From assembly GCF_031769215.1 (NCBI RefSeq), contig NW_026781917.1, positions 2,232,001-2,296,000 on the forward strand: 64,000 bases of DNA, read 5' to 3'. The position numbers and the translations under genes are program-made. Shown here piece after piece: positions 12,253 to 27,800 of this stretch. Below the pieces are notes generated by a model. The model ran no database searches, was not told where the DNA came from, and worked only from the letters and a program-made list of their open reading frames with translations. This DNA is from Ylistrum balloti (taxonomy: Eukaryota). Every line of letters begins with the position of its first letter. Position 1 is the stretch's first letter.

Positions 12253-15105
12253 TTGAATGTTGTTGGTGGAACGGCTTTTTTTTCTGTGATATATCTTGTC
12301 GGTGCTGTGAGGTGTTATGAACAAGTTGTGATCTATGTATAAATAATGACGTGCTATTTATGGGCGGGTTTGGGGCATTTGATTCTATTCAAAATTCACA
12401 TGCCTTTCTGGTACACATAAGATTCACTAAAATGATATGTAGCCGATATGTCTTTACGACTATTTTATTTTCTTAACAAACGTAAATTGTCCATTGTCAT
12501 CATTTTAACATCGTTAAACCATCTAATCTGTCGAACAATAAATATCGTGTAAATATAACGCGATAGAATAGTATTTTCTTGATACTCATTCAGTTCAAGT
12601 CAATCTGGAAAGACAGCTGCTTTCAGCCGTCTGCGATAAATTTAGTTTTCAGTTCAACAGATTGAGCGGTAGTCTCGCGAACCAGCGAGGCTCCTGGTTC
12701 GATCGTATGAGAAAGAATAAGCGCTGTCACATAAGATTTAAACCACGTTAAATTCATATATTGATGAAAGACATTTGATTCATACACTAATGGCAGACAG
12801 TTTGTTTGATAAGGTTTGAATGTGATACACTTATACGTTATGTTTGCTATACAAGTATCAGAACGTGATTAGATTTGTCATAATTTTGATCATGTATGAT
12901 GATAGTGTTGTTTCTATTGTATCTTCTCTCTGCATCGGCAATTTCACTAAGGCACACTGTTTTCTTCGTTCCATATCCATTTATAACTAGAAAATGAACA
13001 TTTGTCTTTCAGTTTCGTTTATCTTTTGTTTATCTTTACCTATTGTTGATAATCAATTAAATCACATTCATCTTATTACTTGTTGTTTATTTTGACTACG
13101 TTATCTGATGATAATAACATTTTCACGATGCTCACTGCATCTTTCAATACTATTATATACACCATATCGGGATTAATTGAATTTAGATATGTATGACTTA
13201 TGTTTGACGTTATGGTCATGTATAATCATATGAGGTACATCTAGAAAACCAAAATAAATACTTTTATATTGACCTCCGCTTTTATCTAATGTTACATTTT
13301 AGACTTGGTTTACACTGTCTTGAGATAATGTAACTTCCTTTAGAATTAAAATGACGTCACACCAACTTAGATATGAAAAATAAACGTTAGTAAATAGGTC
13401 GAACATAACTGCAATGACTCTTTATACAACAATATATAAAGGCATTTAAAGTCTTCATAAAACGTTTTTATTGTATATTTCTTGTTGGTATTGTTGTACA
13501 TGGGCTATTAGCAATGTCTGTTCGATTTGCAGTGAAAAGAACACATCTTGAAAATGCAGATTTTTCATTTGATGTTAAAACATAGTAACACTTATGTTTA
13601 AGCTGGGATACATACACTGATATGGGAGTTGATGTTTTGAGTTGCTACGAAAGATAGATAAGTATGTAATAATTTCAGAAGCTAATTTCACTGCAAATTC
13701 TTGAATGATTTTGTATGATGTTCACATCAACGGTTAAATGCGATCCGTTCTGATAAAGGGTTTTACCTCGATTCGGAGAAACATGGTGAAGTTATAATAT
13801 TTGACGATATGACAAAATTTGAAATTGACTTCATGTTTTTTTTATCAAAGAAATATGGTTTCTTCATGAGAATGATAGTTTTCAAAGCAATTGCTCTCTT
13901 GTCACCCCCATGAATATTAATGATAATTGACATCAATGATGGTTAACCATTGAAAATATACAAAATAAATAAAGATATAAAAGGGAATCAACATTATGCA
14001 AATGAAGTATTGAAACGAGATAAATTCTTAAATTTATGTAAAGCGAAGACGCAAATCGGAGGTGAATAGCTGTTTTTCTTTAAAGAAATGTATAGGGGAT
14101 TATCTGATGTAAACCGATCACTCGCATTTTTAACTGATCTTAAGCTGAGCTGTCATCACAAAGAGATATCAATTTTCCTTCGTATTGCTTGGCAATAACA
14201 CGTTGTTATGTGTTAGATTTTAACAACTAACTGTATCACAATAACACTGTTTTAGAATATGACTCTTGTTAACATTTTATACCATACAAGTAAATGGTAG
14301 CATTTTCCATGTCATTTATCAAAGGTTTTTACGCAAACATGTCAAACCTTCTTTTTTTCGGTTCTAATTTCCCCCCATTTTTCGTTATTTCTACGTCGGA
14401 AAATTAAACAAATAGAAGAAAAATCATTTTTATTATCTCCGTTAAAAAATAAGACCACAAACATTTGAATCATGAAGTTAAAACATATCACATAATCCGC
14501 CTGATATCTAGTGTGAATTCGCTCATAACATTTTCGCGTATATCTTACAAATGCATTATACCCTTCGCTAGTCAGAAATCCATTGTGATGTCATAATACG
14601 GAAAATCATTTTACGTCATGGATTCAAAATGGAGCAACAACAAGATCTCAACAAAAATAACATTGAAATGATAATTTTGTTCGGTCCGATCCAAAGTATT
14701 GACATTTCTATGATATTAATGAATATACAGAGAGCCATGAAACTTTAGTCGGTAACACACTAGACTTTACAACCTTGGGTGAAGACCTAAGATGTGCAGT
14801 TCTATAGACCTGCTCTGGACAGTTTGTATTTCTCAGGCAGCTGAGATTACGGATCGTTCTGTGCAGTAATGGTCATGTCCATGGACAAGACACTTAACTC
14901 TGATTGCTCTGAATAACATGGACTATGCCTACTGCATGTAGTTCAGTGAAGTAGCCACCAGCCACTACAAAGATAACTACGACTCAAATGACCCTTGTTG
15001 TTTATTGGGTTATATAACAAATACAAATACGAAAGACTTATAACTATTATACAATTTCTGCGATACATGAAAATTCGTTTCATTCTATGATATAAACATT
15101 TTCAG

Positions 15106-16598
15106 CGGAAACCTAAGAAGACTTCAACAGTAAAAGTGCTTCACCACGCAACCAACTACCTAGTGCTTCAGTCCAAAGCAGGTCCAAAACCGGTATGTAT
15201 TACATTTACAATTACACGTGATACAAAAAGTCAGACAGGAATTCGGTGTTTTTCACTGTCTTTAGACTTAAATAGCATTAAATGTCAGAAAACAAACATG
15301 TAGTCTAAAACTCTAGTGTAAATGTTAGATTATAATTAAATGAAATGGCGAAAAAAGTAGGTCCCTAAATATGCATATGCAACATCTGGCGGAAAATATG
15401 TGTTAGGAATCAGGATGGTCCATATCAGTTTCAAATAGCTATATTTCGTGTGCAACATCCGATTAAAAATCCATTCCTCGACTTGTTGAACCCAAGTTCA
15501 GAACATCAATGTGAATCTTTATAATCGTATCTAAATTCCTAATCATGTGTAATTATTACCATCTAGTTTGGTTTTACAATGCTTGACTGATCTCTTGCTC
15601 GAAATGAGATTCATGAATTTGGCACAGATATATACAGCGACTGTATTTTCGAAAGCATCTGTTTCCCTATCAAGCAGAGTACAGCCGACTGAATCCTGAC
15701 AAATGCTTAAGTTCATTTGAATGCGTGTTTTAATAATCGTTTGTGTTTAAGATGGACATCTTTTCAAAATTTTCCCGATTGCGATGTCTTAATGTGGTGC
15801 TCGCCTCATTGCTGATCTCCACTTTTTGTCATCCTTCGCTAATAGAAGAATTATGTTGTTATTTTACGCAGCCTCCAAAGAAACCTAAACTAAAGAAAGT
15901 GAAAGGCTGGTACGTTATGGCGGGCGAGGTAAAAAATAATAAATTGGCGACAATCAACACGATTATGGGAAAGACAGTGACTGATTCTAGTACATATTCT
16001 GAGTTTGAAAGGGTACCTGCACGTGACAAGCCTTACAACCAAGACGTAAGTTTTAACACCAGGGACGAATCTATATAGACTAACACAGAAGTCTAATTTT
16101 TATTCATCATTTAGCTGAAATTTCTAATAGTAAATTCATATTGACTTCCCTGGCAAACTAACAGAGTCCGTCTCTAATTCTACATTTGACGATATTATTT
16201 AGCATTGCTGCTTATTTGTATAATTAATTATATATGTGCCAAGAAATAAGTCCACGCATTTATGCTTACACCGCACATTTTATGCCCCGATCGCAAAAAT
16301 CACATGTCCAGTGGATGTGCAAAGGATACCTAAGTTTGCCTTGTTCATCCTTGTGTGTAACATGTTACAATTTGATTACTAAATATCAAATACCGTAAAT
16401 AGTCTCTCTAGTTTCAATACAATATGACAGCATTTATCCATAAATTTCACGGAATTACAAAACCAAGCGGTTACAAAATCGTTTTGATGTATATATTCAT
16501 CATTATCTTTATTATGTTTTTTTTGTTGTTGTTTATAGGTTTTCGACACTGTTTTCAACAAGAAGTTCAACAGTTGGACGCATGGTTGGGATTCATAA
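15106..16598 (+). CDS. Gene C: small basic orphan protein, at least 106 aa; N-terminal exon not resolved
   Basis: Three phase-0 exons with good splice sites: 15106-15192 (RKPKKTSTVKVLHHATNYLVLQSKAGPKP), 15872-16045 (PPKKPKLKKVKGWYVMAGEV...PYNQD), 16539-16598 (VFDTVFNKKFNSWTHGWDS*). No family recognised. Confidence 0.6.
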
Positions 16599-18831
16599 TG
16601 AAGTTAAATACAGTAGTATAATTCCGTCATCATATACCAAATTCGATACAATTGTTAAAGCATATTGGCCAAGAAAAAGCAAAAACACATCTCATGTTTA
16701 TATTCAATAACTTGATAAACTTGTTTAAACACGATAAATGAATGAGGGCAAATTTGCAAGGTTATTCAATATTAAATAAGCCGATTCTACAATCTGCTTA
16801 AAATCAGAGAAGATCGTTGTACTTTTGTCACCAATTCATTAAGATATTGTTCTAATTGATTGAGATCTTTGCATTGACATTCATTTAAGATATAGTAATT
16901 TCATTGATGATATAGGAATACATGATCACTATCAAATTTCATTCCACATCTCCAAACATCGACCCTTACCTAACATAATGTTTCCCTAGTATTTGTCTCA
17001 TCTTCATGCCAATGGCCCTCGTTGTTATGCAGCTACTATATAAATGAGATGTATGAGATTTCGCGATTATTACGATGCGTCTCAAGTGAACTGAAGTATG
17101 TAAGCGGAAAATATTCCTTTTTATTATCATTATCATTTTATTTTTGTAATAATTATCTTTTCATATCTTTTTCTAATTAGATATTATAATTTTATTTTTT
17201 AATGATTAAAATATTTAATTTCATTGCACATTATTATCACTTCTATCACAAGCCACCCTCCCTCGCTTTTTATGGCATTTTCAAAATATGGCATGTGAAG
17301 CTCACCCTTTCCTTTCATTGAAAACACTAGCACTGCTTACCCATGTATTTGCGTCTTTCCCTTCACTTTGGTGTTGCTTTGATGGAAAGACGATGAACTG
17401 GTAAATTAGTACCAGTCAAGATAGAATATTGTTGCACGATTTAATTCAGTCAGTTTTCAACAAAGAAAATCGTATTTACAATAATGCAGAGCCTTTCTCG
17501 GATTAAAAAGTGAAGATTGGCAGAATAGTGTATCTTTCCCTACCTATATGAAAGCGTATATAAGAGCATTTTTTACCCTGTGAAGTTAATATCATTTTAA
17601 TGAAATTACCTCCCATTCATCTCATTCATCAATTTATGTCTGAAAGTGTTTTAGCATTCACTTACTTTTTTTATCATTAATCATCATTAAGATATAAACT
17701 GTATTTGTAGTTTGATTTCTGTTCTTAAAGTGCTGTTTGCTATTTATTAACTCTTACAATGCTATCAACTATGCTAGATTCTTCCAATGAAATAAACTTA
17801 TTTCAATGTATAATGTGTCAGTTATCATTTTTACAAAATCATTCTGCTGGCACTTAAAATAGTGTTATTTAGTTATAAATGATGTTGGCTGACACACAAA
17901 ATATGGTACGTTTCGAAAACGCTATCGGACTGTTTCCAAAGACAAGTTCTAAGGCTACCCGGAATACCATCCTTGAGACATCAATACCATCCTTAGGATT
18001 TGTTAACATTTAAATGTTTCACGATCACAAATCAAAGGTATCTGTTAAAGAACCTATCTTAAAATTGTTAGATAGTACGAAAGCACTTGAATCTTGAAGT
18101 TAAAAATCAACTTTCAGTATAATAGGATAAACGGAATTGCTGATGAGAATTTTAGCATGCAGTGTAACGTTACAAATCTTTTAAATGAGGGTGGTTTTTG
18201 GAAAATTCCTCAATGTGAGAAAAGAATAAAAAAAAAAAAAACCTTAGTTGTCAATAACGCCAAAGAAAATGTAAACTGAGACGCTTGGGTTAAAGATTTT
18301 GTGAAAGTTTTTCCAGACGGCATCATCATCACATTGGGAAATAAGATTGTATTCCTTGTGCAATTTGGATGTGTTCAGTAAGGTTATGCTGTCAGTCGTT
18401 GAAGATTGTTGACATTCAAGAAAAGTTTTGACAATTTAGATCAACATAGCTACATTAGTTGTTTCAAGGACGTGAAATGAGTCAACTTATCAAACTTTGG
18501 TAACAATAACAGATGACATAGACTTGAAAGGAAGGTCAATGCAATGAGCTTAAGCTTGATGAAATACAATATAATGATTTATGCAATAAATACTCGAAAC
18601 AATATTGATGTTGATATATCAATTTATTGATTCATGCAATAAACGGGAAATCGACATGCAATATAACATAAAGTAAGAATGGGGTTGCAGTACACTGACA
18701 AAAATATCATTTTTATATCCAATACATTTGTTATCGTACAACAATGGTCAATATGCGTTTCAACAACGTTCCATGATGTGCCAGGGGTAAGAAATACAAA
18801 CATTTAAAAGTCATCCACAGGCGCTGTTGCA

Positions 18832-21800
18832 TTATAGCTGAATTTTCCTCACTTTTCCTTTCTTTGCTTTCTTTCCACTTTGAATTCCTACGGCGGAACT
18901 CGATCCCATACTAGGGCTTGTGATCGCTTGACTTGCTAGATTCCACATACCGCGCATTCTTTTCCATAAATCGTCATTTGCGGGTTTGACAGGTTCGTAG
19001 AAGGTAACCTTCTCAGGAACCTTAACACGAGTGGATCCTTCGGGTAATAAATCGACATCCGTGTTCGCTCTGAACATCACCATGCTATCGTCCTGTATTC
19101 AATTAAATTATAGGAATCATGTTTAACCATACACATCTAACGTCATATGTAAATATTGAAAAACAATAATGACATAATATTACTATCGCTAAAGCTACTG
19201 CTTTTGAAATGGGTTTACCTCGATCAAATTAAAATCTATTGAAACACGTTGGGAATGGATTAGTGAGAAGGGAGAAGATGGGTGGCACGCAGTTTGGAAA
19301 AGTCTACACGCATGTTTTAAAAGGTGATACTAACTTGTAAAAGTGACATATACACTGAAAGTAACAACCTACCTCCCGACAACTACTCCTCGTTGATCGA
19401 AGCACCAGTTCTGCTGTTTCCACGCGTCCCTTCAGAATCAATTCATAAATAAAATTACTAACATTGATACCTGTTCAAAAAACGACTCTTTGGCTTGAGG
19501 TTTTGATTATTATCTCCCCTTAGTAAATATGGAAAATTATTGACTCTAGATAAAAGACTTAAGATTTCATATTTACTATGTTGACCATGATAACCACAGC
19601 TTTATAATGTGTTGTTTTATCTAGTATTCAATAAGCTACACGTACATATGTTTCTGTAAATAATAAAAACCAGTGCTATATTTTGTGAATAACATTTGAT
19701 CAATAGCTCTCCATTACTTCATCAATATATATTTCAAAAGTATAATAATTTAATGATTTTGTCTTTAAATTGTCTTTCACAAAGAATACACACAAAAATC
19801 CGAATTACACCTCAAAATAGCCTGTGTCATTTAGAAATGTAGAGATAAGTGAAAATATGTTGGAAGGGGTACAAATGCATAGTAATTAATTAAATAAGTT
19901 AATCGACGAAATGATTGGAGTGTATTATCACTAACAAAAATGATTAAACAGAAGGAAAAGCATTCTTTATTAAGGGGAAGCAATTCCCCCTAAACATCAA
20001 GAACGACATGAACATGTAGAATTCCTTACCTTACTGGCGTAGCAATCTGAAAACAAAGAATACCCCCTGTACACCTTGTAAGCGGTATGGCCAAATGAAG
20101 TACATGTGGAAACAATTACAAAACAAGGAAGTCAAGGAAGATACACATGCAGACTGGATATCCGATTGATTCATGAATGGGGATCAAGAGGATGGAGTTT
20201 GGGGAATGGAGAGGAAGAACTGTTATACTGAAGTTTCACATCAGACAACGGTAGGGTAGATTTGGTGAGGGACTGTTATAAGGTCCGAGGTATTTCCCAT
20301 TTAATTGAATTCTTATTAATTACATAACGTGATGATTTTAATGAAAAATAATTTTAACTTACACCTTTTTATTTCGATCATTCATTGAATCATGTTCATA
20401 CATACAGATATCACTTAGGAATTGCTTATGACAGATACTGAATTTTGGTGATAGAGATGAAATCTATAGAGAGGCAATCGTACAAAGAAAATATGAATAT
20501 ACCCGTAAATATTTGGTTTGTTTTGTTATTTGTTTGGTTGTATTTTATTTTGAAAAAAATCAGATATATTTTCTTGAAAACCACGAGGCAACAATTTTTC
20601 CCTTTATCATACATTTTCTTTCAATTTATTTTTTGTGGTAAGTTTATTCCTGAAAGTTACAGCCTCTCGAGTAGAAAAGAATACAGTTACTTACAGCTTG
20701 CTTATGAAAATTCAATAACGTAAAAAAAAACTGAATGATACATTAGATTGAGAACCGTAATGCTTACGTTGATATTTGTCCGTTCTACATCCGTCATCGT
20801 TGATGGTGCGGTTTTGGGCGTGGTTCCCCTTCGCATACCCCAGCTACTACTTGGTGGTTTCACGTTCGGGGAATCCTATAGACAAAATGTCGAAGGAAAA
20901 CTAGTACGTGACAGTTGGCGAAAAATTATCTCGTCTTTTTATTATTGTTTTACTAATATCATCTAAAATAAGATTACTTACAAAATACGAAAAAAAGCAA
21001 GATGCAGGACCTTTGTAAATACTAGGCCAATAAGTAGAGATATTTTGGAAGGATAATCGTCCTCTGCTTCATCAATTACACCCGCCAAAAGTATATAAAT
21101 TCAATCAGAACAGCTATTTGGGATCTATAATTAAACATATATAGGCAACGGCTGTGTCAACACATCGACACTAAGGTATATTTTTGTGCTTGTGCGTTAA
21201 AGCTTTTATGCGTTCCATGCGTTCTTGTCAATATGGTATATTCTGACCTTATGTTAGTATTATGTTCCTCACAAACTACCAACCAATTACAGTGTACAGC
21301 AACAAATTTAGTCAAATGTTTCACATACTTGTGTTTTTGACTCCATCGGGTGTTTGAGGATCGGCACCTTCTTCTTCTTCTTGATGAGATCCGCCAGCGT
21401 TTCTCCTCGTTTCATCCTCATTTTGTAGGCTTTCTCTCTGAGGGATTCTTCTTTAACGACGGGTGTGTTCGATGGAATATCTTTCTCTTTTTCGTCTACT
21501 TCCGGCATCCCGTCCTCTCCTTCCTCAGTCTTAATCTGTCAACCACCCACCCATTTTCAATTACAGCACGGTAAAATCTGACTACAGGAATAAATTTGTT
21601 TTCAAACAGGAGTAAGAAGACTTGCTGTGAGGATCCTAAATCTTTTATCTCAAAAGATATCATACGTTAAATCAACTTTCAATAAAATTAAATATTTTGT
21701 TAAGTCAGATTTCATCGTACCTTTCTGCGATTTCTAATTCGTTTGATTGCACGCTACAAAAAAGTTTGCTAGTTAGAAACATAGCTATAAAAACGTTTAA

Positions 21801-24800
21801 ATCATGGATTGGGTATTTCTGTTAGTTACTTGTTTCCACGTTTGAGTAGGACGGGCACGGGTAAACATGTTAGTCATATTGGTTGCCGATTGGATCTTAT
21901 TATCATGAATGCAGATTTCTCTAGATTTCCTCAATTTAAAAGATGCATTTTTTTTTTCAATTTATATATTGAATATAATCAGTGCAATGTTTGATAATCA
22001 ACAAGAAATAAAGATTCTATTAAAGCTTAAGAAACCTGCATTCATACATTTAATTAAACCTTTTCTTAGGTACATACCAAGTACTTTTTTTTCTTTTTCT
22101 GTCGTTTCACTGGCATCTTCAATAGAAGCGTAGAGGTGCCGAATGTGATTTTATCTTTTGAATTTAGACGACTTTTTTTCTACAAAACAGATTGCACAAT
22201 TATAACAGAAAATGCCTACCAATTAAATCATGTCCGCTACGTTCGCAAATTTTGTGAGTCCGTGAATTTGACGAAAGATAAAACATGAGTAACTTTAAAA
22301 CCAAATGAGAAATAGGAATACAATTGGTCTTACTGATGATTTTGTAGTTTTTTGAAAAACTGAATCCGCCATTTTATCTTAACAGTAATTGTCTAGATTA
22401 AATCGTACATTTTATCAAGTACCTCCAATACTAATTTTTGACTTAAACCGTGTGTAAATGTAGAACTTTGTTTCTTCATGTCCAAGAATGGTAGTAGGTC
22501 TATACTTAATACTATACATGAATCCATTGAAATGTACAGCGATTCTGTGTTATATCCTACCATATGTACAATATGTATAATGAACATATCTTCTGCTATC
22601 ATGGTGTTTAAAAAAAGGGGTAGGTATGAGGTTTGTCAACGGAGGATTTGGACAACATGCTGGAAGGTTTGGCATTCAAGAGGGTCGGTTTCATTGGAAA
22701 GGAAATTCAAACTGCTATTAACAAAATCATCATTTTCTATATGTCCAAGAAAATTTCTACTTTAAGATAGTGGCATTGGTGACAAACCGTATGTGACTGT
22801 GTTTTCTTCTTCCCCTTTATGTCTGAAGCCTGTTTGGACACCTTTCCGTCTTCTAATATTATCGAGACTCGACTTTTTGCACTTTTCTTTCGTCGGCGAC
22901 GCTTCTTTTTAAGTTTAGCACTATTATTTTCTGTTATTGTTCCAGCATCTACCATGTTCTCATCTCGGGGATTCGGGGTTGCTGACTGAACCACTATTGT
23001 TGGAATATCACCACGCAAAGAAAACTCAGTGATATCCTTCACTTCGTATTCATCATCATCCGAGTCAACATCTTCGCCGTAGTCATCGAAGTCCGAAAGG
23101 GGTGATTGAATACCCTCCTCGCGTGCCGAAAGAGGAGGCACCGATATCACAATAGATTCCTCTCTCCGTATTGTGTTTCCATTTTTATCCGAATGTATAA
23201 CACCATCGTGAATGTTTTTACGACGATTGCGAATTTCGCCATTTGCGAATTTAGGATCTGGTCTAGCTGCCTCTTCGATTTTCCTTTTTTTGTAGTTGAT
23301 CCAGCAGAAGTAGCTGATTATACACCCAATGATTATAACAACCAACGGAATGAGAACAGCCAGAGCTACAGTACCAGCATTCGACACGTCAGACGATGTA
23401 GCTGGAATTCAATTAATATACATTAGAAAGCCGGAGTTTCGTATAAGACGTAACTTAAGCAAACATATGTGAAGGAATAAGAATATGTTAATTTTGTGAG
23501 AGTCGTAAAGTTATTTAGTTACGGAATCACCCAAACATTAATTTTCATTAATTTATGTACAATGTCTAATTTAAGGAGTTTTCTTTGCAACGTCTAAAAT
23601 TTTAATATGTCAGTATTCATATTAATGATTCTAAACAAAAATGGCATACTCACGACAGGTACCTGTGAAAATGACAAAAAAAAGAAGATATTTCAGGTCA
23701 TGTGAAACCAACACTTTACCTACATTATCGAAGTATCTTCTACAGGTTTCGCGTCATTAAAAAACAACACCATTGATTTCAAATCGTGCAGAATTTCATA
23801 GTTGACTTACTTGAGAGACTGAAAATGAGGCTTGTACCGGGAGAATTTACTGTCGTAGATGTCTGGTTTTCATGACATTGTTTAGGGTATTGTGTTATAT
23901 ACCGGTTATCTCCAGAAGTTGTCATAACCTTTACAAGTAGACAAAACGAAACTAATAAATATAGACATGATTTTATGCAAATCGCAAATGATATAGGAAA
24001 AGAAGTAAAATACATTCTTTCCTTAAATTGATTGATTTGTCTACTTTCTGATGATTTTCTTCTTTCTAAGTGATTTAAGGGTAAATCATTTTCTTGAAGA
24101 GATTGCTATGATTTGTATTTATGTATAGTTTAGATAGCTCGCTGTTTATTAAATACTGTAAAAGTATACAGCTTATAATATATCGGACATAAGTGAAGGG
24201 TTCCGTTATTATTACAAGATCACCGGTAATTATTATTTCTATATAACTGTATATTATTGGGGTCTTGTGATACATGATATAATGGTAGAGGTGAAAATTT
24301 TTATAAAAAATGACACATAACTCTGTGCTAGAAAACGAGTTTTGGTATGAGTTCTATGTATTTATCAGTGGTAAACGGGAACAATATTTGAAGAGGGCAA
24401 TGTTAAAAGAAATGAAAATATTCCAGCAAAGATTCGAAGTCATGTGTCTACGAAATGGAATTTTTAAAAGTATAGTTGTATTGGCTAAGGGTTCGGGTGA
24501 CACATGATCGGTGAAGCAAAACCAAACATGTGTGCTGGGTAAAGATTGTAGTAATTAGTTTTGTATTCACCAGTTTCGCAGTAAAAAATTAGACTCGAGC
24601 GAAAAATAATTACATAAAAATTAAACAAAATCCATAAAACAAAAGGAAGGAGCAACCGATGAATTTTTAGAGTAACTTCCGAGTCGTTTAGAAGCTTTGC
24701 AATTTTGACTCTTTCAAACGCTCATATGTCCAAGCGCATTATCATAATTTTTAGTTTTAACAACTGTTTTCTGTGCTACACCGCATCGATTGTGCAAACA

Positions 24801-27800
24801 AGACGTAACAGACTATCGTGAAAAATAAAATTGGTAGTATTGCACCAAACAGGTATTTATCGGATGAATTACACATGTTGCTAGAAGATTGATAATGTCA
24901 AACACGTAGGTTAAACATAATTGGGGGGATGTCTCTAATAACCCGATGATATTAAGGGTTATATAGGTTACTGAGATATGTAAAACTCACCAGACAAATA
25001 AATCGGTATGTAGAAGATTCGTCTGTCGTTGTGTCGGCATTGTACAAATTTATATAGGTATTTGAACTATCTGTGAAACTGTAGAGATAATACAAAATAC
25101 CGCCACCTGTAAAATAATGAATTATGATGTTAATGACAATGATATTGTTCATGACAATGATATTGTATAATTATAATTATGATATAATGATATTAATACA
25201 GTTTATCAGCGTTACCTATTTTACATGTCTGTTATTTTTTTATAATGTACAAATCTATAAACAATTAACTCTTTATTGTTTAAAATAATAAAAATCTTAT
25301 TTGCTACATGAGAAAAATTATAATATACTATCAAAGCAGTCATTTTTGTTTGAGATTTTTTTTTCATTTCGTGGGTACTCTCAATCCTCGAATTCATGTC
25401 CACGAAATGTTCAAATAAGTATAGGTAGGCTTAATGAGCTATATTTATTCACGCAATTCAATGTCCCGGAAATAGGTTTAAAGAAAAACGCGAAAATTCA
25501 ACCCCACTTAAATATATGATTTCACAGTATGTAGTTTTCGCATTGATATGGAATCTGATGTAAAATAGTTTCCATCTTGCCAGGTAAGCAATTTTGTTTT
25601 ATTATCAAAAGTTCCATACAACAGCAAAAGTATTCCATCAAAATTGTTTAAAACATTAAGAGGTTGAACATGTTAAGGATCATATTGAGTGTATTTCAGT
25701 TAATATCTATTTGCTTAGTTTTTTGCAATTTATTCTTATATTAAAATGTGATTTCATTGCTATTGTTATTACAGCAAATTATTCAGAATCATTGTAATAT
25801 AAAATTGTATAAATTGTTTTATAAAATTTTATTTTTTACTCACTTGAATACATAACCATTTGGGAACATGATGAATAGGAAAAGCTTATATCGGAGGTAG
25901 TGGTACAGACATCAGCTGAAGTTGTGTTACCAGAACATACGTCACTTCCGGATCCGTTATCATACGTGTATGTCCATTTTGATTGTAGGTCTGTTGGGAA
26001 GTCAGTTTTGGCACTGTTTATTTCGCCTAGAATTGACCAGAATTTTTCCTTATCAGGACAAACGATATGAATTCGTGCAAAAATCGAGTACGTAACAAGA
26101 TGTCATATTACATCATAGATACTAAGTTGCCTGAATTGAATTTTCAGTTCATCTATAAAAACTTTTGTCTATGTGTATACAATGTCATCATTTCATACAT
26201 TACAATTAGACTGGAAACACCACGTTTAATGTTCATTGTTTGTTATTTTACTCTGATCTCAGCTGGTTCGATATCAAATCCTCAGGCAAAATCATTACTA
26301 TGTTTTACCTGCATCTGACACAGTATTATTGAGCATGAAAGTATTACTGTATTACCATCCTTGACCAGTACGTAATATGTTCCCGTAGGATACGATGACC
26401 GGTCACACACGTTCGCGACTGTAAGATTCGTTGTTGGACTAGATGTCTTTAGACGATCATTCCCGGCATAACTGTTCGGCTCTTAAAATTGGAAATGGAA
26501 CAAGCATCATGAGACAGCCAAGTTATGACAAAAAAGGAAATAATTCCAAAATGAGATACAATGTAGAAATTTACCAAAATCCGATACTGTAGGATTACTT
26601 GTTGTTCGTGGTGTTTTCTTCATGTTTTTATTCTTTTCGTGGATACTCTTATTACACGAATAATAACTGTTTAAATTTTTAAAAGCTTATTTCTTTGGTT
26701 ATAATTATCAACGAATAAAATATCCCAGAAATAGTACTTTTCGGGGGGAAAATGCATGAATTTATATTAGATTTCGAAATTTTCGTTCGTTAAAAGAGAA
26801 TGAACTATGAAGTGACATTGATACTTTTCCTACAAATGAAGGAATCATATATGAGCTGTCTCGTCTCATTGTGATGAAGTTTCCGTTAAAAGCACATGAG
26901 AATAACGTACTAATGTACATCCTAAATATGAGCTTTATACCTTGTTTTATAATTTGTCAACAGTATTGTCAGGAAAAGATAAAATTGGTCTGAACTTTCT
27001 TGCATGTTATTTATACGAGTCTTATAAAGAAAGATTTTGACGTAGAAATATAACCACTTACCTGAGCCAATGAAGTATGTAAATTTCGACGAGGATAATT
27101 CTGTTAATACTAAACATAGGTAGGCATCAAAATCAACGCTTAGATAGGTAAAAGTGGGGGACCTAGTAAGAAATAAAAAAATACGTATCAACAAAGTTGG
27201 ACAGCTGTAAAATCTATTACCGAAACACACATTCTGCCCTTGGACAAATATTTCAAACCTCTATTACTTCTCAGATAATTACATCTTTCCATTTGACAAC
27301 TTCATAATGTTTTATTCAATATTATATTTCGGTAAATGAAAGATATGAATTCTAAAATGTGACATTTTGGTATTGTTAATGGTCAGTGACTCACTGACTA
27401 TAATAAACAATGTACAATACAATAGGATATACCTTAGGACATATTGTGACCCGGAGTATGTATCACAGGCAAATGTGAAAGTGCCAAATGTCGTGGTGGG
27501 GTAGTTAAGAAGAGAGGTAGAGGTGAAGGTCATGGAACCCTGCTCACTGCTCGTCCAGGATCCCTCTAGATTGGTGGGTAGTGAACACGTACATTCTACA
27601 AAGTTATAAGAAATCAGATGTAGATATGATCTATGAATACACCAGTTCACAATCAGGCACTTTATATTTCATTACTCAGTCAAGCATATATTTTCTGATA
27701 ATAGCCATTCGTAAATTTGTATTTCTGTAAAAGCCAATTCCATTTTGACTTCAACCTATTAGAACTAAAATGGTGACTATCAATAGTGTAATGTAAGAAC

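Noticed and set aside
12655-12712. tRNA-like stretch with GGTTCGATC B-box
   Set aside because: No cloverleaf or acceptor stem; at most a decayed SINE head.
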